DNA from: Saprolegnia diclina VS20
Taxonomy: Eukaryota
DNA length: 57,101 nt
Direction: 5' to 3'
Assembly: GCF_000281045.1 (NCBI RefSeq)
Contig: NW_008246074.1
Location: 643,588-700,688 of the forward strand
This document shows, piece after piece, positions 24,122 through 36,013 of this stretch (position 1 is the stretch's first letter; every line of letters starts with the position of its first letter). Under the pieces are notes generated by a model. That model saw only the letters and a list, made by a program, of their open reading frames with translations. It did not search any database and was not told the DNA's origin. The position numbers and the translations under genes are program-made.

Positions 24122-27100
24122 ATGGACGATGGACAGCACGACGAGGCCGCGCGGGTCGCGGAGCTCGACCGTGTCCTCCTGCGCCTGGGCCTTACCGACG
24201 ACGACAAGCTCTGCGACGTCCTGCGCCTGCTCTTGCCCCAGCTCTTCCAGCGCCTCATCGAGACAGGCGCGGCCTCGGTCACTGCCAAGGTACCGGCGCC
24301 ATGGACACCTAGTACCTTCATGCTTCCTGCGTCTGTAGATCCTCGACATCTTTGCGCATCTCATCAAGCGCCTCAAGACGTTTCCATCCATGCGCGTCAT
24401 GCTGCCGCTCGCGCCGCTGCTGGCCTTCCTCGACCCGACCGAGCACCTCGTGCAGACGAACGCTGCGTACGCGCGCAACTTTACGGTGCTCTTCCTCGAG
24501 CTCGGGTTCCCCGCGCAGCCCGACGACGAGAAGATGACGATCCTCTCGACGCTCTTGAGCGGACTCGCGACCAAGAGCGCGTCGGTGCAAGATACCTTCT
24601 TTCGCCTCCTCCTGCACTCGTTCCGCTTTCAGGCATCGACGCCGATCCGCGTCCCCGCGTCGACCGATGACGTGCAAGTCCTCCTCGACTACCTCCTCGA
24701 CGTGCTCTTGTGTCCCGCCGTCTCGACTGCGCGCAGCGAGCGCCTCCAGCGGACCAAGTTTCTCTCGCTGGAGAAGGCGTCGCGCACCGACATTCAGCTC
24801 AAGGTCGTCCAGTTTCTCAAAGGCGTTGTTGCTGGCACCGACGGCGTCGACATCGCGCTGTGGTATTTGCACTTTGCGGTTGGTGCGACCGCCGAGTTCC
24901 ACACCATCAGCACGTACTGCCGAGAGGAGCTCGACCGCCTTCACAAGTACCAGCTCGAGATGCTCGACAACGCAGCGGCCATGTCGCTCTTTGCCCGGAG
25001 CCTTCTCGGTCAGTCGGCGCCGTCTGAGCTTGGAGGTCTCTTATTAAACGACCGGTCGCCGCTCCCCGAGGCTGTTGCTCTTCATATTGTACCGCTGCTG
25101 TGTCTCTCCAAGGCCGCAGCCAACGTCTTTCCCATGAACCTGCAACTCATATGCACCCTCCTCTTTGGAAACGTGACGGCCAAGCCGCTCACACAGCCGA
25201 TCCGTAAGGCTGGCATCGACTTTTGTGTCTGGACGTTGAGTCACTCGGACGAGGCGATGGTCGTCGCGGCGCTCGGGCCCGTGCTATACACGCCGCTCAT
25301 GAAGCTTCAGCAAGACCAAGAGTGCAGCACTTCGGTGCGCCACGGCGTCTACTCCAGTCTATCGATTCTTGCGACACGTTGTCCAGCAGTACGCCTTTCA
25401 CGTGTTGTTCTAGGTGTAGTCACAAATGACGTAGGTGATTGCGGCGTCGGCTGAGCCGTTCCAGCACCTCTTGTACCGCGCAATGCGCGAAGAAGACGAG
25501 TCGCGCTCCGGCAGCGTGTGTCTCGAGGCCCTGAGAACGCTCTGTACTGCCTATATGAGTGGCTCGGCCCCTTCTGCCGTGCTAGCGACCATCAAGCGCG
25601 AGATCCACGAGCTCGGCGATGCGTCGTCGGTTATGCAGCCCAAGTTTGACCGCATTCGCGGCATCCTCGCGTTTTGGGCGTCCCAATTGCTCTTCTCCAA
25701 CGCGACGGAGTCGCCTGGTGGGGACGTGTACCTTCGTCGGGTGCTACTGCGGTTCGCAGGCGATGCCAGCGACCAAGTGCGGGAGATTTGCGCCGCTGCC
25801 ATCATGCAGACCCCACTGCCGCCATTCGCCAACGTCGTTTCCGTTTGTTCGCCAGCGTCCATGCTGACACCAACGGCGTCTGAAGCAGTCTTGCGCGGCA
25901 CACTGCAGTTCTACTTGGCGTGCTTGGCGGCGAGCGATGTTGCTGGCCTCATGCCCCCAGACGTCAATGCACTTGTCGAGGCATGCATAGGCCTCATCGG
26001 GGCCGGTGGCAGTCAGGCGTTCGTTGCGTCCGAGGCGCTGGTGCAACTGGCGGGCCTTCCCGCGGCACGACCGTTTCTCCACGAGCAGCTACGCACGCTG
26101 GTCGCCATCTTGCTCTCTGTCGAAAACGCGGAGGTCCGTGAGCACGTGGCGATTACAATCGGGTTCCTCGAGCTTCCCGAGATCGATTCTCACGGTCTCG
26201 CCATGGAGCTGCAAGCGCACGTTGCGAGCGACCATTGGCCCGAGCGTCACGGCGCCCTCTCAGCCTTGAGCATGCTCGCTCGGTCGCTGCGCAATTTGGA
26301 CGACGGCATTGCATCGCGCGTGCTCGTGCTGCTTCAACGCACGCTAGAGCCTCTCTTGCTCGGCCACGCCAGTGTCTTATCGGCTCACGACGCCAAGCTG
26401 CAGTATGCCCATGTGTTTGCCTACACACAAGTCCTGGGCGCGCTCGCTGCCGCTCAATCGGTGGCCAACCTTCCACTCATGCTGGCCGTGCTTCTGGATG
26501 TGCTCAAGCTACCGTCCAAAGATCCCGACATGGCCGAAACCATCGATCGTCTCCACTTGCGCGCGCTCCAGTCGCTCGCCTGTCTCTTCTACCACAACGA
26601 CGACACCGCGACCCTTGTCGACGAGACGGCTTCGGCGCTCATCACGGCGTACAGTGACCGAAAAGACGTGTCGTTTCAGTATGGCATCGGGCAGCTCTTC
26701 GTCGCCATGGGCCACAGCCGTGACGCGCCGTTGACGTCGCTCGTGTCCCAGGTAACAACGCTGCTATCTTCGCCGAGTCCGCACTTGAAGGCCAGCGGCG
26801 CCCTGTACCTCTTTTGCATTCTCTTGGCAGCGACATCGGATGGACCGTGGCGCGAGTTCATTCGGCGTCCAGGCACGGCTACCTCCATCCATGACAGCGC
26901 GATTGACTTGCTCAACGAAGCCAACGCATTCACACAAGAGTGCGCCGTGAAATCGCTCACATTATTGTATACGCTGGCGTCAGCTCCCGACGAGCTCAGT
27001 GACACGCTCTTCAAGCGCCTCAAGTGCTACCGCGCCTTCCTAAACGCGCCGGCGGCGACAGCACCGACGGCAACCGCCGACGACGCGACCTCGGCGGCCA

Positions 27101-29670
27101 ATGCGATCGAAAATGCGTGTTACCGCGAAGTCAGTACGGTCGCAGCCGAAGTCGGCGACCCCAGTGTCATGTACACGCTGCTCTATCTCTGCACGAGCGA
27201 CCCGACGTGGGGCGCCCTCCGAGCGCCCGTGACGGTCGGCGTCTCGCGCTTCATTGCAGCGCCGCTGCAGCTCGACGTGTTGCATACGGCGTTTTCCAAG
27301 AGTCAGATCGAGCGCGCCCAAGTGACGTGGCATGCGTCGGCGGTCGCGTCGCGCCTTGTGCCGCGCCTCTTTCTTCTGAAAGCCCACCCGAACCCCAAGA
27401 TCAGCGGCTGCATGCTCCAGCTCTGGACGCTGCTCAAGTCGACCAAGCCGGACCTGGTTCACGAGTATTACGAGGTCTTGATGGCACATGTTCTCGGCCG
27501 CACGACCAGCAAGAACTTCAAGTACCGTGAGGCGTCATGCGCCGCTCTCGTCGAGCTGCTTCAAGGACGGACGGCGGATCAAGTGGCTGCGTATTTGCGA
27601 GACCTCTGGAAGGCGACCGCACGCGCCGTCGACGATGTCAACGAGTCGGTCGTCGTTGCTAGTACGCTCAATCGCGTCTGGGTTATCTTCTTATGCTCTG
27701 TCGTAGGTATCAAGCTCGTCAAGTGCGTGGGCGAGCTGAGTGTGCGCGTGGCGACGGCCGACGTCTCGTGCGTGGACGCGGTGCTGCCGTTCCTTGTTGA
27801 CGAAGGCATTGTCTCGAGCAACAAGCTATGCCAGGGCCTCTGCATGGGGTACCTTCTTCGGCTTGTGCAGCAACTGCCGCCGCACCATCTGCAGGCGCAT
27901 CTCAGAACGCTCCCGATCACACTCCTCGCGTGCATGAGCTCGCTTGAAATGCCCGAGCTCCAGTACGCGCAATTCCACGTGCAAGACAAGCGCCAACTCG
28001 AGAAGCTCCGCGTGTCGTTGAGTCAGGCCGGTCCCGTGGGCGAGCTCCTCTCTGCGTGCTTGGCACAGCTCTCGCAATTGGCTCGTGAACACAGCAACAT
28101 CGTGTCGGACATCGTGGGCACACTCTGCACCGGTGTTTGCACGACGCTTCGGTCGGGCGTCGGTCTCAACACGCGCGTCGGCGCCGCCAACTTTGTCGTG
28201 TCGCTCGTCGCGGACGTGCCGCACGAGATGCGGTCCAGCGGTGGCGCCGAGAAGCTCCTCAAGTCCATTTTCACCCCGTACATGGCCCATATGGTCCTCA
28301 CTGAGGCGCGTGATGGCAGCAATGAGAACGACGGACCCGATACAGCGGCCCAAGAAGACGGCTTGCGCGATGGTCTTGTCGTCCGCGCGTATGGCCGGGC
28401 GGCTGCGTATGTCGCCAAGCTCGTGCCAACGCATCTTGTCGACGCGTACGTTGCCCAAGCGCTCCTTGCTGTGCCGACGTCCATTGTATTTGCGACCGAC
28501 GCTGGCAGCACGACAACGACGGACCTCGGTCGCTACGGCTGGGTCACGGCGACCGCGGCTGCTGAGCTTCTGCGTCAACTGCCGCCGACGCGCGAGAGCA
28601 GTGCCAGCGCCACTTCTGACGACGACTGGTGCCAGCGTCTGTTTCCCGTCGCATTTGCAGGACAATTTGCCAACTCGACGGGTCTCGGTGCAGCGTGGAC
28701 GACCGTGCTCGAGTGCATTCCGCCGACACTGTCGTACTCGTCGCGGTACATCACGGCCGCGCTATCGTATGCGACAACGCTCGTGGGGCACTTGTCGTGG
28801 GAGGCGCGCAAGCAAGGCGCACTGGCGCTCAAGACACTCACCGAGCCCTCGTATGCGCCGTACATAGCGTCGTGGTCGGCCACGCTCTCTGCGCTGGAAG
28901 CAGCGATCCCGGGAAAACTTTGGCGCGGCAAGGGCGTCGTCCTCGAGGCACTCGTCCACGTCGCGAAACGCGAAAACGGTACCGACCGACATGGCCTCTT
29001 GGAGCTGCTCTTGCACGAGTGCGACCGCGCCCGCCGCAGCCACGATGTCTCGTATCTCGAGAGTGCGATCGTTAGCGTCGCTGCCGTTGCTGCCGTCGCC
29101 CCCGACGCGCCGCCTCTTGCGGCCTTTGAGCAACTCCAGCGCTTCTTCTTTCTCGAGGAGGACGAGCAAGAAGCTGCACCGAGAAGCGTGCCACCGCTCG
29201 TGATCAAGCGCATGTTTGAAGCCCTCGGTGCATGGTGGCCGTCGTCACCGCCGACATTGGCCGACGCACCAATCGCAGCGCAAACACGAGTGCTGTCGTG
29301 GCTCACGCGTGAGGTCCTGTCGACGCCTCGCTTCCACGTCTGGAGCATCCGCGAATCGGTGTTCCTCTGCCTCGGCTGCGTGCTCCAGGGCGTGGACGGG
29401 CGGGTCCTCGAGAACCGACAAGTTGTCGCCGACCTTGTCGCCGTGTGTGTCGGCGACGACGGTATGCGCGACCCAAAGTACATGGCCGTGCGCAAGGCTG
29501 CGACGACCTCGCTGCTGGCGCTGGTCCATCGCGACGGGCCATTGCCTGTGGCGTTTGTCGTCTACAAGGAAGACGTGCTCGCGACCGCCGCAACTCTCGC
29601 CGAGGAGTCGGAGCCCACCGTGTGTGCGCTCGCGACGCGTCTCCTCGAGGCGCTTCGCGTGAAATCTTAG
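24122..29670 (+). CDS. ECM29: Proteasome adapter and scaffold protein ECM29 (HEAT repeats)
   Basis: N-terminal ELDRVLLRLGLTDDDKL; LVPRLFLLKAHPNPKISGCMLQLW; KYREASCAALVELL; GVGLNTRVGAANF. Introns 24290-24338, 25389-25434 and an in-frame intron 27662-27706. Confidence 0.88.
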
Positions 29671-29707
29671 AGGACGTAATGTGCAATGTGATTCGGTCTC
29701 ATTTAAG

Positions 29708-29893
29708 CTACAACGCCCGGCGGCTATCGCGATTGCGCAGCTCGAGAAGGTGGTCGCGGAGCTTCTGCAGTCGCGCGCGCGGGTCTTCTGTCGGCTCTCC
29801 CGAGTCACCCTGCGGAGGAATCGGGTCGGCGCTGGCAACCGCAAGGCAAGCGACAACGACGAGCAAGAGGAGGGTGTGGAGCGCGCGAACCAT
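29708..29893 (-). CDS. Small secreted peptide precursor A (61 aa)
   Basis: ATG at 29893. Signal peptide MVRALHTLLLLVVVACLAVASA followed by a charged helix. Fits the gap downstream of ECM29. Confidence 0.6.
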   Translation of the reverse strand: MVRALHTLLLLVVVACLAVASADPIPPQGDSGEPTEDPRARLQKLRDHLLELRNRDSRRAL

Positions 29894-30096
29894 TCTGGTG
29901 CGTCAAATTCAAATCTGGCGCGCAGGCAGGAAACTGAAAGGATCCGTCTGGTTTTGGCGCGAAACCAAAAACCACCTGCGCTCTCGTATGGCGACAAAGC
30001 GCCCGAGCTCTCTCGCAATCAGACTCTGGGAAGGATTTGGCTCATGTATTTAGCCGTGGCTTGAACAATACGACATGCAAGACGTTGCGACGCTAC

Positions 30097-30282
30097 TTAG
30101 AAAGTGCAGATACGGCTGAAGCGGTCGCGGTCCCTCGCTTGCTGCAGCTGCTGGAATCGGAGCTCGACAGCGGCAATGAGGCGGTCGACGTCACGGGGCT
30201 CGACCATCGTTGATGCTGTCGTTGCGGCAGCGAGCAGTACGAGCAGCAGCAGCCCTATCGTACGGGCACAGAGAGGCTGCAT
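30097..30282 (-). CDS. Small secreted peptide precursor B (61 aa)
   Basis: ATG at 30282. Signal peptide MQPLCARTIGLLLLVLLAAATTA followed by a charged helix. Confidence 0.55.
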   Translation of the reverse strand: MQPLCARTIGLLLLVLLAAATTASTMVEPRDVDRLIAAVELRFQQLQQARDRDRFSRICTF

Positions 30283-30369
30283 GGTCTGCGATGTTGACCA
30301 CTCTTTCCACACAAAGACGTACGATAAATATAAACTTGTTTGTATCAATGTATCGAGACCCGTTGCCGA

Positions 30370-31821
30370 CTAGGTGAGCAAGCGGGGCAGTACGAGGTCG
30401 ACGCAGTACATGGCGCTGCAGCTCAAGACAAAGCCGACGTTGGCGATCCACAGGACAACAACGCTGGCGACGGGGTGGCGCTGAACGTCGGTCTTCGCCT
30501 TGCGCACGCGCGGGTGGGCCGCGACCGCCAGCACCGTTTGGACCGAGATGCGCTCGATCCGTTGCGACGCTGAGCATAGTAAATCCCAGACGATCGGCGC
30601 CGCTTCAAGGAAGAATGCATGGACTTGGCGTGCGTGCCATGCGATCGGGAGACCGAGCGTCGCCTGCTGCTGCGCGACAAGGGCCACGAGCTGCGATTGA
30701 AGCGCGGTCTTCTCGAGCAAGAGCGCATCGATCTGGCGGCGGAGCTCCGCGATGGCCGGCGAGTCCGACTGCACTGCATTGAGCGACACGTTGTTGCAGA
30801 TTTTACGCACGCGCTGGGCGTACTCGAGCGAATTCAGCGTCTCGCTCAAATGGCGCTTGGCAGGACTCACGCAGGCAAGCATCAATGTCTGGCTGTTGCC
30901 ACCTAATTTGCGTTCGTGTCAGTTCATGCTGTGCTTTGGAGGTGTACCGAGCGCATCTTGGAGCAGTCGCGTGAGCTTCGAGTCACGGTACGGCACGTGC
31001 GCCTTCTTCTCGCTGAGCGCGTTCATGACGTTGCCGAGCGCGAGGAGGCCTTTGTTGATGTTGACCCCTTCGCGAAACCGGAGACCTTCGGCGAGCGTCT
31101 TCTTTTGCCGCTCCGAGCCGGCCAAGTCCACAAAATGGAGCTTGGAGCGCAAGCTGCGACACTCGTTGCGCTGCTGCAAATGCAACGTGAAGATCGCGTG
31201 GGACCGCGAGCTCGTAGCATTCATTTTGGTCGCGGCCGTCGTGCGGTGTCGAAGGCCGTCGAGGAGGCGCCGGTGGCCGTCGTCAGCGCCCTGCACGATC
31301 ACGGGCGACAGTGCATCCGTGACTTTGAGCAGCGTCTGCTTGGCATAGAGATCGCGCACGTCGTCGCCGTAGATTTCGCAAAACGTCACATGGGCAGCCC
31401 ATGCGTCGTCGCCCTTTAGCTGCGCAAAGATGGCTTCGAGCGCCAATGGAATGATGCCCCGGGGATTCACGCCGTCGCTGCCCATCGAGTACGATTTGCC
31501 CGAGCCTGTCTGGCCGTACGCGAGCACAGTCGCGTTGTAGCCGGCGAGAAACGAGGCCAAGAGCGGCTCGACCGGCGCAAAGACGGCGGCGTCGGTCGCC
31601 GTGTCGTCGAAAACGTAATCGAATTGCAGTTGCTTCTTCTTACTCGGCACAAGTACGAGGGGGTGCGTCGGCGCCTTGAGAACGCTCTCGATACGGTCGA
31701 GGCTGCCCATCGGCCGAATGCGGACCGCCACCTGCACGTGCTGGCGGCTCGGGCCTGGCTTGGCGGCGGCGATTGGTTGGACGCGCGCGGTCCTCGCTAT
31801 CTGCTTCGTCGTCGGTCCCAT
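30370..31821 (-). CDS. Short kinesin (kinesin-4/KIF21/27-like motor) with short coiled coil and hydrophobic C-terminal segment
   Basis: GQTGSGKS P-loop, NATSSRSH switch I, DLAGSE switch II, HVPYRDSKLTRLLQ. Intron 30903-30947 restores DALGGNSQTLMLACVSP. Confidence 0.9.
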
Positions 31822-32551
31822 CTCTATCTCTCACTGCTGCTTGGTTGCTTACGTAGTCGGTATGTAGTATCTACCGTCAAACGATTTGGAGAGTGCAATG
31901 TATGTCAACTTGATGGCGCGCGTTCGAAACGAGCCAATCCCCATCTTTAGCGCACCTGTCCCGTGGGTTTTAAGACTATAACCTACGGTTGGCCAGCCGG
32001 TAAACTCGCGAAACGCGTGAGTGACGCAGGGTCTCGCAAAGGGACGCAAGGGGTAGCGTGGTATACGTCACCATCGCGCGCTGAATGCTGCGCGCCAAGC
32101 CTTTCTTGAAGCCGCCGTCGCAGCCTGATCCTTCTCGGGCACCGGCGCCTCTCCACGTCCGTTCAAGGTCCCTGGTCTGTTGCACCGGACGGCGGACACG
32201 TGGCGCGCTGTGCGGACAGCTCGCAGCCCAAGTCCTCGGTTCGCTTGTGCTGAAACGCGTGCAATCTCTACTGGTTGGCTACAATGAAACGAGTCCGATC
32301 GCCACGCGTCGCCTTCCGAGCGACGAGAGGCAGCCACGTCACGGAGCTACTCGCTCGCGGTCATAGAGCCGACACCAACTGCGCCGGGAACGTTCGGTGG
32401 ATCTGCGACGGTGGGTCGTGTGCCCCTTCCCACCGCGCGGCTCTCGTGCTCGACGGTGGTCCCGAGATGTCTCGAGTCTTTGCAAATTGCATTTACTTAC
32501 GCATTGTCACATCGCCGACTCTTGAAAACAAAAGATATTCGATGTGAGAAG

Positions 32552-34107
32552 CTACGCCTTGCGGTCCCGTGTCAGCTGTCGCTCGAGCTCGTCGAGCGCG
32601 GCGTCAATGGTCTCTTCGCTCAGTGCAAAGTACGGGAAGCTCAAGACGTGGTACCCGCTGCCCGTGAGGTGGCGCTTCTTCATGCGCGATCGGAGCCGCA
32701 TCTTGCGCTTCCAGTAGCGCGACGGACCATCGATCATGATGAGCACGCCATGGTCGCGGTGCGCGGCTACCGGCCAGTGCACCTCGACGTCCGCCGTGTA
32801 GCCAATGTCCGTCATGACGTTAATCTCAAAATGCAGATGACGGTCCTCTAACGCCCGCGTCACCGCATCGAGGCCCGCGGGCACAAAGGCGCTGCGGCCA
32901 GATTCGCGGCTGCTGTCGTCCGCCATCATAGCAGCTCGGGTCGCCGCGTAGAGCGAAGGATACAAGGTCGTCAGCGGCGCGTCCGAGGCCAGCGACGCCT
33001 CGAGCATAAACTGGTACAGCTGTCGCTTCTCGAGGAGACCCAGTTGTACCGTCGACAAGCCGTCCAGGACGCTCTTGAGCGGCACAAGGTCGGTCGCTTC
33101 AAAGAGGGCGAGTGCCCAGAGCGCGTTGCAGAGGTTCTGCGGCTTCGCGAGCCAGTCGGGCAGGCGCTGCGTCATGTGCTGCACGACAGCCTCGAGCACC
33201 GTTGTCGAGAGGCCTTGGTCGGCTTTTGCAAAGCCAGCGACGATATTGCCAATGTTTTGCGTCGTAAAATCTTGAAGCGGCCTCGCCTCGAGGTGGTCGG
33301 CGACGGCCTCAAAGACAAACGACCCGTGGTTCGGGTGCGACCGCATGAAGCCCCAGATCAAGTTGCCGAGCTCTTGGGGCTTAAAGTCGTCCAGACCATG
33401 GGTGGCCACGTAGGTTTCCGCGGCGCCATACACGGACGCACCGTAGGCGCCGGCGGTCGCGTAGCTCCAGACGATGTTGGCGACGTGCTGGGGTCCGACG
33501 CCTCTGTCGTTCGTAATGAGTTCGACAAGACGGTCTTCGACATGGTTGAACGCAGCGCACGACTGGGCGCTAAACCGGTTGGACGCGAGGCCGTGCACGA
33601 CCATGCTGAGCTCCGTGAGCTGAAACTCGTCCAAGTCCATTTCGCTGACAAAGTAGTCAATCAAGGCGGAGATGACACTATCGGGCGCCCGCGCTCGCGT
33701 GAGTCCATGCAGCGCGTTGCTAAAGTCGCGCGCCGTGAGCTCAGGCAGGCGGCGCGTGAGCTCGGATGCAAGGTCGTGAAAGATCTGCTTGTCGACGTCG
33801 GCAAACTTGTGGTAGGGCGTACGCAGCTTCCCGAGGCGGCTCGCAGTCATGGCCAAGTGGAGGCGCGTGAACTGAAGATTGTCTTTGGCGTACACGTCGA
33901 GGAGGCGCGACACCGACTGCGTCGACGCGATCCGGTCGTTCAAGTTGGGCTTGCTCCACTGCTTGGGCTTCCGCTTCAGAACGCCTGGCGACGTCGAGAA
34001 GGCTGCAATGGGAGGCCTACTGTCAAAGAGTAATGCTGACTGTAATCGTAACTGCGTCGGTACCTGAGCGCGGGGCAACGACAAGCGAGGACAGCGCGGC
34101 CGAGCAT
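32552..34107 (-). CDS. Mitochondria-targeted helical-repeat (OPR/FASTK-like) RNA-binding protein with C-terminal RAP domain
   Basis: ATG at 34107 and intron 34020-34063 give the presequence MLGRAVLACRCPALSRPPIAAFS. Repeats of ~38 aa (FKPQELGNLIWGF, PQHVANIVWSYA, PQNLCNALWALA). RAP-like IDGPSRY...KKRHLTGSGYHVLSFPYF. Confidence 0.85.
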
Positions 34108-34790
34108 CACAACAGGTACGTTGCTTTGGTTGGCTATGGCCCGAGGTGAAACTCAGGTGCTACCCCGTTTTCGTCTCAATTTTGGCATATCTGTTCAGTA
34201 TTTCAATAGTATTAGAGACTGTTCTGAGATATATTGATCAAAAAGGACAGTATAGATAAATGTTGAGCACGTCAAAATGAGCAAAAGGGGATAAACACGC
34301 ACGCTGGAGACTCTCGTTCATCCCGCTCAACGACTCTCTGGAGCACATATGAGCACCACGTCCTACCGTGTTAATACGCGGGCAATACGAGCCGAGTTGG
34401 TCACTAAGAATTAGCATGAAGGGTGGTAGCGTGGCCTGCAGACGTCACGCAACATTCAAATGCTTGCCAGACAAAGTGGCTTCGTTGCACGGGAAACTGC
34501 CACGTCATTCGACACCACGATCGATACCTGCTACATAGTACTTCCTTGCTTTGGGCGTCAACAAAGCGACATCACAAGGCGTTTACGCTAGGATCAGTTT
34601 GTTTGGATGACTGCCGTGGCGAGAGCAGGACCCATCCAGGAGCGCTTGAGGGTTCCGTTGCAGCTAAAGTGTCCAGGGGAAGCAACAACTTGTTGGCGAA
34701 GGCTCGACAGTCGAGTGCGAAAAACACAGATATGCAAAAGTGACGAATGCGGAGTACATTACGCAGGATAGGACGAGTAGCAATAGCATA

Positions 34791-35600
34791 TTATAAGATA
34801 GAGCAGAGACCGCGCTTCTTCTGCGGTGGCAGGCGCTTCTTGCGCGCCTCGACGACAAACTGTTCAAAGATTGCGTTGACGTTCGTGCCCGTGAGCGCAC
34901 TCGTCTCCATGTACGTCGCATTGTACGAGGCCGCGACGCGCCGGCCCTCATCGCTCGTGACCTGTCGCTTTGACGGGTCTTGCTCAACGAGGTCCTTCTT
35001 GTTGGCGACCAAGATGATCGGCGGCAGCACTCGCTTCGTCTCGTTGATCTGCAGGTGGAGCTCAAAGAACGGCTGCAGCTCGTGGAGACTCGTGCGCGAG
35101 TCCATGGCATACACAAAGATGTAGCCGTCCTTGTCCATCATCCACTGCGCGCGAAGCGACTCAAAGTCATCTTGACCCGCCGTGTCGAGGATCTCAAGCA
35201 TGCACAGCTGGTCCTGCACCTCGATCGTCTTGCGGTACGCGTCTTCAATCGTCGGGTCCCAGTCCCGCACAAAGTAATCCTTGACGAAGCGCAGCGTGAG
35301 CGCCGACTTGCCGACACCGCCGCTGCCCAGCACTGAGACATGAAAGGTCTCGTGGCCAGACGCGGCCGGCAGCGACTTGTAGAACCCTTCGCCGCCGCTC
35401 ACGTAAAGCGTGTCGTTGTTTTGGAGCTCGTCGACCGAGTGAATCTCGGCGCCTGACGCGAGGAAGAGCCGCTTCGCCTTGACGCCAAGCTTCTTGCTTG
35501 CGAGGGCCTTGAGCTTGGCAAGGTTGTCGCCGGCCTTGAGGGGCACGACCTTGCCCTCGGACCCGGCCTCGTTCTTGTAGACGAAGAGACGGACCTCCAT
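34791..35600 (-). CDS. Ras-family small GTPase with N-terminal doublecortin/KHA-like domain, copy 1 (CAAX CSIL)
   Basis: GSGGVGKS, DPTIED, DTAGQ, NKKD, ETSA, polybasic tail plus CSIL. N-terminal KKLGVKAKRLFLASGAEIHSVDELQNNDTLYVSGGEGF. ATG at 35600. Confidence 0.92.
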   Translation of the reverse strand: MEVRLFVYKNEAGSEGKVVPLKAGDNLAKLKALASKKLGVKAKRLFLASGAEIHSVDELQNNDTLYVSGGEGFYKSLPAASGHETFHVSVLGSGGVGKSALTLRFVKDYFVRDWDPTIEDAYRKTIEVQDQLCMLEILDTAGQDDFESLRAQWMMDKDGYIFVYAMDSRTSLHELQPFFELHLQINETKRVLPPIILVANKKDLVEQDPSKRQVTSDEGRRVAASYNATYMETSALTGTNVNAIFEQFVVEARKKRLPPQKKRGLCSIL

Positions 35601-36013
35601 GGTGGCCCGAAACACAAACTGACGCGATGACCAGCAAAAGTGCGTTTTATTCCGATAACTTGGTGTTTGTATGGCTTTCACCTCGGTTCGTCAAATTAAA
35701 TTTTGCCTCTCGAAGTTCGAAGCCTTCCGGCAGCGATGAGCGGCAGCGGCAACGGCCCAGCTCCGTCTTGGCACGTGGTGTCACGGGCGCCCGATCTGTA
35801 CCACGGCGCCCGCTCGCACTACTCTATGCGCGGAATGGTAGCCAAGTCACAGCGCTCACAATTAAGCAGCTATGGGCGAGGAGGCGTCGACGCAGAAGCG
35901 GGGCGGCAGATCGCCGGCGACGTCCTGCTGTCGACAGGGATTGTGCGAGCTAGATTCAAGGCACGAGATGGGATGTAGCACGTCACTGACCATTACGATA
36001 TGCATCGTAGCAA

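Noticed and set aside
27662..27706. Hydrophobic 15-aa insert in ECM29 (likewise 38176-38220 in ferredoxin)
   Set aside because: In-frame, stop-free 45-nt GT-AG introns read through by the ORF finder.
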